Source of the DNA: Octopus vulgaris
Taxonomy: Eukaryota
Length of the DNA stretch: 64,000 bases
Reading direction: 5' to 3'
NCBI GenBank assembly: GCA_951406725.2
Contig: OX597831.1
Coordinates: 65,968,001 to 66,032,000 of the forward strand
Below the pieces are notes generated by a model. It was not told the origin of the DNA, ran no database searches, and saw only the letters and a program-made list of their open reading frames with translations. Positions within the stretch are counted from its first letter, which is position 1, and every line of letters begins with the position of its first letter. Positions 13,125-26,200 of this stretch are shown one piece after another. Made by a program: the position numbers and the translations under genes.

Positions 13125-13836
13125 TATAGGTTGTAGGTATTTTTCAGTTTTTTGTCTTTTTGTTGGGATTCATTTTAATTCCGTTACATTTTGCCATCAA
13201 ATACGAAGTATTGATTTACCTTTAGATTTTTTTCTTTTTTTGAATGTCAAGTTTTTCTTGGAATTTTCCTGAAAACTTTCATTTGTATTGATAGAATCTT
13301 GGTTAACTTCATGGGCACCCACAGAAGTCCTTATGATATACATTTCATCCATGACTGGCGTCGGATGAGAGATAGTATTTTTATGGAATCCATTCCTTGC
13401 AATGAAACAAAAAGTATTGAGAGACAGCCTAGTTTCAACATTCTCAATTCTAAAATATAGTTCTAGAATGTCAAACAATTTGCTCCATAATTTAAGTGGA
13501 TTAGAATTTCTTAACATTTCTAATGACAGCTGTTAAATTAAATCATGTGCTTTGCATTCTGTAACAAAATATGTTTTAAAATTTCATCATAAATGTGTAG
13601 TACCTAACATGATTTTAATTATCATACAACATACTTGTGAAGTGGAATAATGTCTAGGATGTTAAAGTAGCAAAGTGGTTGCAATTTATAGTTTTGTCTC
13701 TGTTTAAATACAGTGTTATATCTAATATAACTTGAGGTATCACCAGTTATAGTATTCTGTTGCTTATTACCATGAACTAAAGTAGGGAAATAACTCAATA
13801 AAACATGACATAGGGCAATAAATCAGGATATACATC

Positions 13837-13837
<1 letters not shown>

Positions 13838-13896
<59 letters not shown>

Positions 13897-14184
13897 GTTT
13901 AACGTCCGCTTTCCATGCTAGCATGGGTTGGACGATTTTGACTGAGGGCTGGCGAACCAGATGGCTGCACCAGGCTCCAATCTTGATCTGGCAGAGTTTC
14001 TACAGCTGGATGCCCTTCCTAACGCCAACCACTCCGAGACAGTAGTGGGTGCTTTTTAAGTGTCACCGGCACGGGGGCCAGTCAGGCGGTACTTGCAATG
14101 ACCTTGCTCATATCCTTTTACACGTGCCACCGGCACAGGTGCCAGTGAAGCGACGTTGGTAATGATCACGCTTCACTGGCACCT
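13838..14184 (-). mobile_element. RTE 3' end (family C) with (CAT)n tail
   Basis: Reverse complement of the family C terminus. Confidence 0.85.
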
Positions 14185-14409
14185 GGAAATTTTAACAATA
14201 AGTTTTGCTAACACTTTTGGAATGTTTAGATAAACAAGTAATCATATGAAAATTTTAAAAATAAAATAAAATGATTCTGTACATATGCATGTATAAATAC
14301 ACTAATCAAAATAATGCTGAAATATAATACAATAGATTAGCTCTTAGATTCATGGTGTGTGAATCTCAGATTCCGGATTTTATACAAATATTTAATTACT
14401 TTATTAAAC

Positions 14410-14576
14410 AAGGAGTGACTGTGTGGTAAGTAGCTTGTTTACCAACCACATGGTTCCGGGTTCAGTCCCACTGCATGGCACCTTGGGCAAGTGCCTTCTA
14501 CTATAGCCTCGGGCTGACCAAAGCCTTGTGAGTGGATTTGGTAGACGGAAACTGAAAGAAGCCCGTCGTATATATG

Positions 14577-14625
<49 letters not shown>

Positions 14626-14836
14626 TTGTGTGTCTGTATTTGTCCCCCACCATTGCTTGACAACCGATGGTGGTGTGTTTATGTCGCCGTCACTTAGCGG
14701 TTCAGCAAAAGAGACCGATAGAATAAGTACTGGGCTTACAAAAGAATAAATCCTGGGGTCGAGTTGCTCGATTAAAGGAGGTGCTCCAGCATGGCCGCAG
14801 TCAAATGACTGAAACAATTAAAAGAGTAAAAGAGTA
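14410..14836 (+). mobile_element. SINE family A
   Basis: Multicopy consensus. Confidence 0.9.
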
Positions 14837-15791
14837 ATTAGAATTTCAGTAGCTGCAATCTTGTGGAGAGTATACTTTTTTAAAAAACTTATTTTGTCAG
14901 ATCCTAGAGATATGTGTATGCATGTTAAGAAGTATGGATGGAGAGGATGCAGAAATACGTGTTCTAATGACTTACTCAAGGAAGAAGTAGAAGTACTTAT
15001 GACCTTTTTAGGGCTACTGTGATGGATGAGAGGAAAAGATTATTTTATCCAAAGACAGATCTAAAATTACCTGAATGTTTGCAAAATACCCAATGGCCAA
15101 GATGGTGGTGGGAAACAGATTAAGATTATCAACCAGTTTGGTGTATAAATAGATATGAATAGTTAATAATTAATATAATTTTTTAAGTATAAAGCTCTGC
15201 ATTTATATTGAAGTTGGGAAGAAATAGTTGATTATGTCAACTTCAGTACTTAATTGGTACTTTTTTTTATTAACCCTGGAAGGAAAATTTAACCAAGCAG
15301 AATTTGGAGTCAGACTGTTAACAATGGCAACTAAATATCAGTGAATAGTAATAATAATGACTTTGGTAATATTGATCTTTTATTATCGGAAGTGCTGTTA
15401 CTTGAGTTTCCAAGTTAAACCCTTCACTGAAGATCTGGCTCATGTTGGTTGACCACATACCATATGGTCACAGCAAATGAGGAGGTTTCTTGTGGAGATG
15501 GGGACTGATTGGGATTCTGCTTGACAGGTTGCCTGGGAGGCCTCGGGAATATACTTAGAAATGGTGAGTGCAACAATGCTTTGCAATAGTATATGCCCCC
15601 ACATCTGACCTGATTCCTAATTAAGATTTGCATATGTAACATTTTGAAATTTGGAGTTACCTTGGACCAGAAAAGAATATATTTTTACTTCAGTTTAAGG
15701 TGGAAAGATAATCTCATAATCTTTGTAGGCTGTCTCAAACACATTAATTTGATGCAATTAATGCTGAACTTGAACTTTCAGTTGATGAACA

Positions 15792-16001
15792 AGTACCGCC
15801 TGACTGGCCCCCGTGCCGGTGACACGTAAAAAGCACCCACTACACTCTTGGAGTGGTTGGCGTTAGGAAGGGCATCCAGCTGTAGAAACTCTGTCAGATT
15901 AAGATTGGAGCCTGGTGCAGCCATCTGGTTCACCAGCCCTCAGTCAAAATCGTCCAACCCATGCTAGCATGGAAAGCGAATGTTAAACTATGATGAAGAT
16001 G
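15792..16001 (+). mobile_element. RTE 3' end (family C)
   Basis: Matches 2301-2518. Confidence 0.85.
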
Positions 16002-16410
16002 TATATCCTGGGTGGTCTAGGGAATATTTTAGGCTAAGAATTTAGTTGAGGATTTTATAGGGGTGATGAAAGTAGGGAAATCAGGCATATCAAGTGGGCT
16101 TGGTAAGAAGTGATATACAATCTACTACTTCAGAGGAGTGGGAATTGTTATGGTAGTACTACACTGCATTGGGAAGTTAATAGTTGTGGTGAAAGCTTGC
16201 AGATAGTTTGTTGGAGCTATTTTAGATACAATCTAAGACAGGTGTACGTGTGAAGTAGTGATATCTTTCTAGATGGGCTAACAAAACTCTTATACATTGA
16301 ATTAATCCCTGATCCTAATTTTTGCAAAAGAAGCTGTGGTGTTTCCAAGTAGATCGAAAATTTACTAACCAGACATGCAAATTTGAAAATAGACATTAGA
16401 AATACTTTAA

Positions 16411-16629
16411 CCCTTTAGTGTTCTGATTATTCTATCAAACATAATGCCTATTGATTCCCATTGATTTGAATTAATCATGCATTATCTCATATCTTCAAGA
16501 TCTTGATGGTGTAATTACTTAATATAGAATAACATTGTAGGATAGGTGTGAGAGCCTGGATCTGGTCAGTTTGAACATAAAACAGATTAAATATTTTGGC
16601 CGGATATGGCCGGTTTAAATACTAAAGGG
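16411..16629. mobile_element. piggyBac-type MITE
   Basis: TTAA TSD, CCCTTTAG/CTAAAGGG TIRs, copy of 7257-7462. Confidence 0.85.
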
Positions 16630-16897
16630 TTAAAAGATAAACACATCAACTGAGATACTTTCAGAATAGAATCAACTTTTCAGTAAGAGTCATATTGTTT
16701 CTGCATTCAAAGTGAATGAAAATTCACTTATTTTTGATAAGTTACTTATTTTTTGAAGTGATGTTACATTGATCAACCCATAATTGATAATGAAATGGAG
16801 TAAGAAATTTCCAAAATTTCTGTCTAGTAACAGTTTGAAAGAGAAAAACTGTAACATCATTTAACTTTGCCGAGAAATGAAACTATGCTATGGCCGG

Positions 16898-16956
16898 ATA
16901 ACTGAAGAGATGGCGGCGTGGATTTCCACTTCAGCATCCGAAACTCGGAGTTTTAT
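16898..16956 (+). ncRNA. type-I minimal hammerhead ribozyme motif
   Basis: ATAA CTGAAGA GATG [gcggc GTGGA tt TCCAC ttcag] CATC c GAAA CTC g GAG T T TTAT; GUU cleavage triplet. Confidence 0.6.
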
Positions 16957-17064
16957 AATGGCTATCGAATAATTGTCACATATTACATTTACAGATAAAT
17001 TCCTCTATTTATATAGTATTGAGGTCTCCTTCTTTCTTTCTTTTGTTGTCTTACCATTTTTTTC

Positions 17065-17540
17065 AACATATATATATACATACACAAGCAGAATAGTTAG
17101 TAGGCTGTTATATAGGTGTATGTAAGTGTGTGTATATATGTATATACGTATATGTATTTGCATATGTATGTAGGTAAATGGATATAAATGTAAACAGATA
17201 GACATATAGATAGATAGGTACATAGGTAATATGAACAGACAAGCACACATACATACGCAAATGAAGACTGAAACACGTGAACATATATACACACACACGC
17301 GCACACACTTGCAAACACACACACACACACACATGCACACACACACACACTCATACACACACACACGTGCACACACACATACAAACACACAAACACATCA
17401 ATATGCAGAATACATACGTACAAATGTACACACATACATACATACATATACATACGTACACACTCACATACATGCATACACAGACATACATGCATATGTG
17501 TATGCGTATGCACACTGACACACACACATGTGCACAAACA
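17065..17540. repeat. degenerate (TA)/(CA)/(TACA) microsatellite field
   Basis: Read directly from the sequence. Confidence 0.9.
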
Positions 17541-18073
17541 AACAAAAAGAACGCAGCTCGGATAACGGACAAAGTCAACAACTATTGAAAAGGTTGCATG
17601 ACACTACGGAAATGTTAGAAACTATAAAGAAGTAAACTGAACCGGTGAGTGTGTTAAATAATAAGGCACAAAAAGAGGACTCTCTCCAGACACAACAATA
17701 TATACTTCAACACACGAACTCACATAAAGAATCTTGGAAACAAAACACCACAACGAAATATATATATATATGTAATTTAAATTTAATTGTAGCTATAAAA
17801 CGTATGTAGTATTTTTACTTATTATATTATATTTATCATTCATTTTATACCCTTTGGAAAAAAAAATAATAATTATTATATATATTACTTGTTATTTATG
17901 TATTGGTTTATGACTATCACTATTTGAGCTGCATAATAGTGGTTTTATCTCTAATTTATATCTATATATATATATATAATTATGTAAAAATGATATATAT
18001 CATATATTTATATTGTGAAATTTGATTTAATACTAAATTGAATTTTTCCCTGTAAGTTCTGACTTATACTCCC

Positions 18074-18363
<290 letters not shown>

Positions 18364-18583
18364 TTAAAATTACTAAGTCTCTCTAAAAGAGAACAACGGC
18401 AGCGTTCCCGGAAAATAATAGTTATCGCCATACTAATATGGCATTCTTATAAAAATAAGAGTAAAGCTGTCCGCTTATTAGCTCCATGAGGCCATCGCTT
18501 TAAGTTAGCTATTTGATACACAAACTGTATCCATATAACCTTTGAACAAGGGAGGTCAGTCGCTCCACACTACTTGGCCAGCA

Positions 18584-18625
18584 GCTACAGACGCGTTTCG
18601 GGGTATTGCCCCTTTTCAATGCAGC
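18584..18625 (-). ncRNA. minimal type-I hammerhead ribozyme, U3-A8 core variant
   Basis: Minus: GCTGCA TTGAAAA GGGG caata CCCC GAAA CGCG TC TGTAGC; 6-bp stem I, palindromic stem III ACGCGU, GUC site. Confidence 0.8.
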
Positions 18626-18946
18626 GTAGCCAGACCAGTAGGTGTCGCTTCTGACAATCTCTGTTCAAAGGTTTTATTTACCTAGCTTCGGTGGAATACA
18701 TCCACTTGTTTTCAATAATAGAAATATTAAAATTACTAAGTCTCTCTAAAAGAGAACAACGGCAGCGTTCCCGGAAAATAATAGTTATCGCCATACTAAT
18801 ATGGCATTCTTATAAAAATAAGAATAAAGCTGTCCGCTTATTAGCTCCATGAGGCAATCGCCTTAAGTTAGCTATTTGATACACAAACTGTATCCATATA
18901 ACCTTTGAACAAGGGAGGTCAGTCGCTCCACACTACTTGGCCGGCA

Positions 18947-18988
18947 GCTACAGACGCGTTTCGGGGTATTGCCCCTTTTCAATGCAGC
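18947..18988 (-). ncRNA. second identical copy of the U3-A8 hammerhead
   Basis: Identical motif 363 bp away. Confidence 0.8.
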
Positions 18989-19197
18989 GTAGCCAGACCA
19001 AGTAGTGTGGAGCAACTGACCTCCCTTGTTCAAAGGTTATATGGATACAGTTTGTGTATCAAATAGCTAACTTAAGGCGATGGCCTCATGGAGCTAATAA
19101 GCGGACAGCTTTATTCTTATTTTTATAAGAATGCCATATTAGTATGGCAATAACTATTATATATATATATATATTTATATTTATATAACAATTGCAG

Positions 19198-19337
<140 letters not shown>

Positions 19338-19347
19338 TTATTTTATC

Positions 19348-19735
19348 TTATACATGTTTCAGTTATAAAACTGTGGCCATGCTGGAGCACCAGCTTGAAG
19401 AAATTTAGTTGAATGAATTGGTCTCAGAATTTATTATTGTTTGTAAAGCCTGGTACTTATTTAGTTGGACTCTTTTTTGCTGAACTGCTAAGTTCTGGGG
19501 GATATAAACACACCAACGCCAGTTGCCACTCGGTGGGGTGGGGGACAAACACATGCACATACATGTATATGATGAGCTTCTTTCAGTTTTCATCTACGAA
19601 ATCCACTTGCAAAGTTTTGGTTGGTGCAAGGCAATAGTAAAAGACATTTGCCCAAGGTGCCATGTAGTGAGACTGAACTTGGAACCATGTGGTTCGGAAG
19701 CAAACTTCTCTTTACACAGCCACACCTGTACCTTT
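19348..19735 (-). mobile_element. SINE family A, older diverged copy
   Basis: Diverged match to the consensus. Confidence 0.8.
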
Positions 19736-19841
19736 ATATAAATATATATGTATGTATGTGTGTGTGTATATATATATATATATCGCCATGATAGATCGTT
19801 AGCCACTACACACATTTTTTTCTCTCCTTGTTTTTTTCTGT

Positions 19842-19883
19842 GTCCCTTTCTGTAGAAGAGCATAGGCTCGAAACGTAAAAGAC
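19842..19883 (+). ncRNA. hammerhead-like motif in a short element (about 19785-19972) inserted in (TA)n
   Basis: gtcccTTT CTGTAGA a GAGC atag GCTC GAAA CG TA AAAgac; A6 is altered. Confidence 0.45.
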
Positions 19884-19973
19884 TTTTTCTATTCCTGAGC
19901 ATTATATTAATACATCTGTTTGTTTTGTACGCTACCTGTCTTCATCTTTTGTTTTTTTCATAAACTCTCCCTA

Positions 19974-20008
<35 letters not shown>

Positions 20009-20549
20009 GATGATGATGATATATATATATATATATATTCATATTCAAATATGAATTAGAAGCAGTATTGAACACGCATACACAAGGTATGTGTTTTGCT
20101 AGTTTGTGGGAAGGCTGCACTTGTAAGCAGAAGAGAATATGTTCTCTTCATGCACCTGATGTTAAAACACCTGGAAGTCATACACAAGCAAGGTGACTGA
20201 CACTAGATCCCATTCAGAAGTGATAGACATTGCTGTTTCATCAATTTTTGTGACTTGTCAAAACTGCATACCTGAAATGAGGTCCAATGCTGCTCAAGCT
20301 ATTTTTAATTCATGTTTGAATATATATATGTATGAAAGACAATTTTGATGCATTTTTCCACATTTTCTCAGTATCTCCACAACACCCCAACACCCACACA
20401 CATGTATGTGTGTGTGTGTAAATAGTTATACATATACAGAATGATTCTTGAAGCGCAAGAATCTTAACAACAATGCATCTATCATTCTTAATATATTCCG
20501 GTAGATTTGAAGATGAATATCTAGCCATTGTTGTTTTATTGTCATCAGC

Positions 20550-20997
20550 GAACACCTCCCCACTTTAGACAATGTGTGTTTGTAATACTCATGATTCACC
20601 AGCGAAAGGAGATTTCGAAACACTCGTGTATTTGACCTCATTGTGTGTCTTTTCAATGAAAGCTTCCCCACAGGATTAAATACAACAGTGAACAGATATC
20701 CACATTCAAACCTGCCAGAATGTATTGAGAATGGATAGATACATTATTATTGCTTGGATTCTCACTGTTCTCTGTAAATTATTATCTCTTTGGGAGACAT
20801 CAGTATGCATTGGCAAATAATTTGTTTGCTGATTCCTATACATGAGAGCTTATGCTCTTGTTAGATTCATAAGCCCAGCAGAGTAGCTTCAAATGAGGAG
20901 ACAACAACAGGATTGAAACACCATAGTGTCTCAAAGTCCCCCTTAAGCTGGTGGATCATGTGTGTTTTGAACAAACATTGACTTAAGGGAGGTGTTC
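20550..20997. mobile_element. inverted-repeat element with two decayed, oppositely oriented hammerhead motifs
   Basis: GAACACCTCCC...GGGAGGTGTTC ends; motifs at 20613-20661 (-) and 20893-20935 (+); same family as 60887-61166. Confidence 0.55.
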
Positions 20998-21077
20998 TCC
21001 ATTGCTGTAAAACATCTTTGAATCCGCCAGAATGTGTTAAGAATGAATAGATAAATAATATATATATATATATATAT

Positions 21078-21605
21078 CATCATCATCATAATTATCATCA
21101 TCATCATCATCATCATCGTTTAACATCTGCTTTCCATGCTGGCATGGGTTGGACGGTTTGACTGAGGACTGGCGAGCCAGATGGCTGCACCAGGCTCCAA
21201 TCTTGATCTGGCAGAATTTCTACAGCTGGATGCCCTGCCTAGCGCCAACCACTCTGAGAGTGTAGTGGGTGCTTTTACATGCCACCAGCATGAGGGCCAG
21301 TCAGGCAGTACTGGCAACGGCCATGCTCAAATGGTGTTTTTTATGTGCCAGTAAGGCAACGGTGGTAATGATCACACTTGAATGGTGCTTTTTATGTACC
21401 ACCGGCATGGGAGCCAGTCAGTGGCCCTGGCAACGATCACGCTTGGATGATGCTCTTAGCGCTCCACTGGCATTGATTCCAGTCATGTGGTGCTGTCATC
21501 GAATTTAATTTTGAGTTCGATTTCACTTGCCTCAGCAGGTCTTTGCAAGCAGAGTTTAGTGTTCAATGCAGGAAAGGTACACATAAGTGGGCTGGTTATA
21601 CTACT

Positions 21606-21608
<3 letters not shown>
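21078..21608 (-). mobile_element. RTE 3' end (family C)
   Basis: Family C terminus with (CAT)n. Confidence 0.85.
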
Positions 21609-21654
<46 letters not shown>

Positions 21655-21689
21655 ATGTATGTATATGTGTATATATATATATATATATA

Positions 21690-22240
21690 GGAGATAAATA
21701 AAAATATATGCATACATACAAACATATATGTACGTACCTACATCTACATGTATATATACATGCATATATAAATAATTATACGGGAGTACAGGACATCACA
21801 ATAAGACGTAAAAACGGAAAAAACCAAAAAACAAAAAACAAGAAAACGGAAAACGAAAAACAAGAAAACGAAAAACAAATACAGGACGAGCTACACAAGG
21901 ACAAAACCCCCGTCATCAGCTGTCGCTAGAGGAGTCAGGCATGTTTCGAAGGCAAGACAGAACACTAATCCAATAGGCCTTCCTGCGAGAGAATTAAAAT
22001 AAAATTCCAAGCTGCGGGGCAAAATGAGTACGAACACAAACAAGACGTAACAATAAAACTGCAAAATTAAAATACATGTACAAAAACAAACACACAAGAG
22101 GACGAACGAAAAAGCCTTTTTTCTGGCATAGACAAACAATAAAACTGCAAAAATAAAAATACATGTACAAAAAATACAATTAGTTACAAAACGAGAAAAT
22201 AAAAAGAATACTATACAGGAAATCAACCACACAGGGGGAC

Positions 22241-22242
<2 letters not shown>
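21690..22242. mobile_element. A-rich non-coding element inserted in (TA)n; related pieces at 27320-27510 and 48345-48605
   Basis: Shared CATATATGTAC(G/A)TACCTAC...GTACAGG motif in three places, each flanked by microsatellite. Confidence 0.55.
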
Positions 22243-22307
<65 letters not shown>

Positions 22308-22311
22308 TGTA

Positions 22312-22345
<34 letters not shown>

Positions 22346-22365
22346 CATACATACACACACACACA

Positions 22366-22615
22366 ACATCATCATTATCATCATCTTTGCTTAATGTAAA
22401 TTTTCCATGCTGGCATGAGTTTGACAAGAGCTAGCAAGGCTGGGAACCGCACCAGACTACATCATCTGTTTTGACATGGTCTCTACTGCTGCATGCCTTT
22501 TCTAATGCCAACCGTTTCACAGAGTGTACTGGGTGATTTTTAAGTGGCACCAGCACCAGTGCTTTTTACTTGATACTAGCACCAACAGGGTCACCAAGCA
22601 CCTTGCAAGACAAAA
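22366..22615 (-). mobile_element. RTE 3' end (family C), old
   Basis: Diverged family C terminus. Confidence 0.7.
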
Positions 22616-23294
22616 TTCCTTCAACTGGGTGTGGGGAATAGTATTGAAGAAGGAGGGCTATGGCTTTGTGCCAGTTGAGAGATTAAAGATATAGAGGGAC
22701 AGAGGTAAGTGTCTTGCTGTGGGGTAGATGTATAGATATGCTACTTGGAAAAGAAAGGAGAGTAAGATAGAGAGTAAGCTAAAGAGAGCAATAGTGAGAG
22801 AGAGACGATGGTGAAGATGTATCACGACATGCCCTCGAGGGACATTGGGGGTGGCTGAGAATAGGTGAGATGGTACAGAGGTTTGGATTGAGGTTTTTGT
22901 AGCAGATGATGGAGAGAAATACAGGAGAGGCTTAAGGGTAGGAGTTGCAGTAGATGTGTGAGGGCATTGAGGGTGATAGCAATTAACTGAGGTTTTAACG
23001 ATGGAAAGCAGCAGAGGAGAGAGAAAGCACAGAAAGGAAGTGATTGGTGGAGACAGTGGGCAAAAGAAGATAATGGCAGTGATTTGGGGTGGAGAAAGAC
23101 AACTGAGGAAGTTGGGGGATGTAGTAGTATGTGCCTATTCTGCTCTCAGGTGGTGGAGAAGTGATGAGTGCCAGGGGATGAAATGTGGGGAGGAAAGTTT
23201 GACAGGAGGGAGAGGATGCATGTGGAGGTGGAGTAGACATACTCATGGACAAGCATTGCCAAGGTGGTTTTATATGTGCATATATTATTACATA

Positions 23295-23527
23295 AGGCGG
23301 CGAGCTGGCAGAAACGTTAACACAACAGGCGAAATGCATAGCCGTATTTCGTCTGCTGTTACGTTCTGAGTTCAAATCTCACCGAAGTCGACTTTGCCTT
23401 TCATCCTTTCGGGGTCGATTAAATAAGCACCAGTTATGCACTGGGGTCGATATAATCGACTTCATCCGTTTGTCTGTCCTTGTTTGTTCCCTCTGTGTTT
23501 AGCCCTTTGTGGGTAGTAAAGAAATAT
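23295..23527 (+). mobile_element. SINE family D
   Basis: AGGCGGCGAGCTGGCAGAAACGTTA...GAGTTCAAAT...GTCGACTTTGCCTTTCATCCTTTCGGGGTCGAT. Confidence 0.9.
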
Positions 23528-23551
23528 ATATTATATACATATATAAGTATA

Positions 23552-23750
23552 CTAGCAGAAATACCCGTCATTGACTGGGTTCAGAAAGAGTCTTCAAAAA
23601 TTACACCCTGATTTATGAAAGTTACTACTTCGATATTATTGAATGTTTTGTAGCAGAATATCCGCAAACCCTTATTGCTAGGTTTCAGCTCAAAAAGTTA
23701 TAATATTTTACTAATGGGTCTGCTGATAGTCAAGTCTCTTATATATATAT
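23552..23750 (-). mobile_element. non-autonomous Helitron-like element
   Basis: Minus 3' end: hairpin ACCCAGTC aat GACGGGT, then CTAG|T. Confidence 0.55.
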
Positions 23751-23756
23751 ATATTG

Positions 23757-23799
<43 letters not shown>

Positions 23800-23822
23800 T
23801 GTATACACACACACAATCACAA

Positions 23823-23871
<49 letters not shown>

Positions 23872-24551
23872 CATATATATATACATATATGTATACTTAT
23901 ATATATATGTATATAAATATATGTATACTTATATATATATGTACATATATATATGTATACTATATATATATGTATATATATATATATATGTATATATATA
24001 CATAAATGTATACATATATATATGATTCCAAGTGTGGCATAGGCATCAAAGAACACAAATGTCATTTAAAATCTGTTACAACTGTTTCACTGGCATTCTA
24101 TTGTTGCATTTATAGATTACATCTTAGCATAAAATCCACCAAGCTCAGGTAAAATTTTTAAACATGCATAAACAGGCAAGGTAAAACCTAGAAGATGATC
24201 GATTCACCAACCTAACTTCCTTGAAACATCTGAACTAGTTTTGTGTCACACGTTTGTTGACAATTCCTAGGCCTTCATCATCATTAATTTTTTTTTTTTT
24301 TTTTTTTTTTGCTGCTAGGTTGTGTAAAATGACTGTAATTACAATTCTTTCACCATTCATTATCAAAGCTGTAAAATATAGGATAAACAATTAATGTTCA
24401 TATTTTATGTGTGAAAATAAAGAATAAACAAGTTGTACGGAATTAATGATACCGTTTGGTGATACATGTTACCAAAAATCATCAGTGAAACTCTGAAAAG
24501 AATTTTGACTCAACCTGATACACACATATACATTCACACACACACATGCAT

Positions 24552-24591
<40 letters not shown>

Positions 24592-25027
24592 TTATTTATG
24601 TGTGTGTATGTATGTGTGTACTTATTTGTCTCTTCTAAGCACTATAGATACTAGTGAGATGCATTTTTCATGTCTTCTGATCTATTTGGTTCTGTACTGC
24701 TAAGAAACATAAATTCTGTGATGTATTCTATTCCAGGATCATCCAATATGATACTTTCTTTGCTAAGTGATAGCATCTTACTGCACATCATACCGTTTAT
24801 TTTCATGACCCATTTTTATATCTATTTGTTTAGTGGATATTTTCAATTTGTTAAAGATTGTGGATATTAAGCTTAACATATCAAATATCTTTGTAGAGCA
24901 CATCAATGAACACCAAACTTTTATGAGCCAATTCTTTCAGTTTCTTTAATGATACATTTTAGAAGGTTATTGGGAATGGAGGGCGAGAATAGGCAACCTA
25001 GTCTCAGATCATGCATACTTCTGGATA

Positions 25028-25078
<51 letters not shown>

Positions 25079-25199
25079 CAAGGTAGGTGAAAGAATTTAA
25101 TTCACTGTACATTAAAAAGTAAAGTAAGAATGAATATGTAGTGGGTGAAAAATATTAGTTGAAGTTTAATATTATTTTTCCATTTTATTGACAAGCTAT

Positions 25200-25410
25200 C
25201 TTAGTTTCAAATTTGAGCACAAGGCCAGCAACTTCAGAGAAGGGTGTAAGTTGATCACATTGACTTCAGTGCTCAACTGGTACTTATTATTATCAATCCT
25301 GAAAGGATGAAAGGAAAAGTTGACCTTGGAGGAATTTAAACTCTTACTCTGAAGATGGACGAAATGCCACTAAGCATTTTTCCCAATATGCTAATGGTTT
25401 TGCCAGTTTC
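25200..25410 (-). mobile_element. SINE family D, old
   Basis: Diverged GAAAGGATGAAAGG...GACCTTGG...GAATTT core. Confidence 0.7.
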
Positions 25411-25454
25411 AAAGTTATACTGCAATAAAATAACTACTTGTTAAGTAGTTCATT

Positions 25455-26200
25455 GAGAAGTTTGTCTTCATGTGCCCCCTTACTCCGTATTTAAAGCATA
25501 TGTTGGTCTACCCTCCACCATGACTCTCAGTCTGGTCTCATCGGGCAGGACAATTTCTTCTGTCATTTTGTGGAGGTCAGGTAGGATGATAAGGACCATT
25601 ACCTCTAGGCCATGACCCCACCAATTGACCTCCACTGTCTTAGACATTTTCAATATTTTCACCTTCTCCTCTGTGTTGTAGAGGATGGCTGCCATAAGCC
25701 AGTCCAAGTTAATTTCGGGTGGCACTCTCCTTATTCTCACTCTGGCTGCGCGTCTGCCACAGTAAGTTGGCAAGAGTGCCCACTGTGCCGATTTCAAAAT
25801 GGAGTACTTCCTTGCTTTGTTCTCATTAACGCAGCATACCTCTACCATGCCAAATTTTCTTCCTCCGTTATAGAAAGTTGTCACTTCCATAACGTCTTTC
25901 AAACACTTCTCTATTTCTTCCACAGCTGCTATTTCGATTTTCCGTGTTGCCATGTTCAACGTTTGATAGGTTATTATTTTTCTTTCGAAATTTTCTGCCA
26001 CTTCTTTGGCAGGTGTCAATCTCAAACATCCTCCTGCCTTCTTCGATAGGTTGTCAAACATCTTATAATCTATATTTTTTCACCTCCAGCTCCTGTATTT
26101 GCAGCAGTTCCACTGTCAGGCTTTTATCTGTTACCACAGCATAACTGCCGGTCTGGGTCTGCATACTTCTGCTATTCACTGCTTCACCAATAATGGAAAA
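25455..26200 (-). pseudogene. non-LTR retrotransposon ORF1 (gag-like) remnant
   Basis: 193-aa ORF (25480-26061) with VRIRRVPPEI...LRVMVEGRP; after a frameshift, CFKYGVRGHMKTNF (decayed CX2CX4HX4C knuckle). Confidence 0.7.

Larger units (their letters stand above)
18355..19160 (-). mobile_element. Penelope-like/retrozyme element: 363-bp tandem unit x1.8 plus inverted partial copy
   Basis: Unit 18355-18717 repeated at 18718-19000; 19001-19160 is an inverted copy of its middle; one hammerhead per unit; flank duplication TATAACAATTGCAGCGTGA at 18305-18323 and 19184-19202; embedded in (TA)n. Confidence 0.8.

Noticed and set aside
15528-15563. 36-nt plus-strand microexon candidate (VAWEASGIYLEM, gtgagt donor)
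   Set aside because: Weak polypyrimidine tract; the surrounding sequence looks like a decayed LINE fragment and no partner exons were found
20228-20262. TTGACAA GTCA..TGAT GAAA hammerhead-like string (minus)
   Set aside because: No stem I and no NUH triplet
21905-21990. GAAGGC/GCCTTC-GAAACATG and a downstream CTGATGA (minus); similar at 48550-48605
   Set aside because: Core elements are not in a consistent register with stems I and III; cannot be supported as a hammerhead
24076-24283. Two decayed GAAACAGTTGTA / AAAACTAGTT motifs on the minus strand
   Set aside because: Possibly old hammerhead remnants, but cores and helices are too degraded to call
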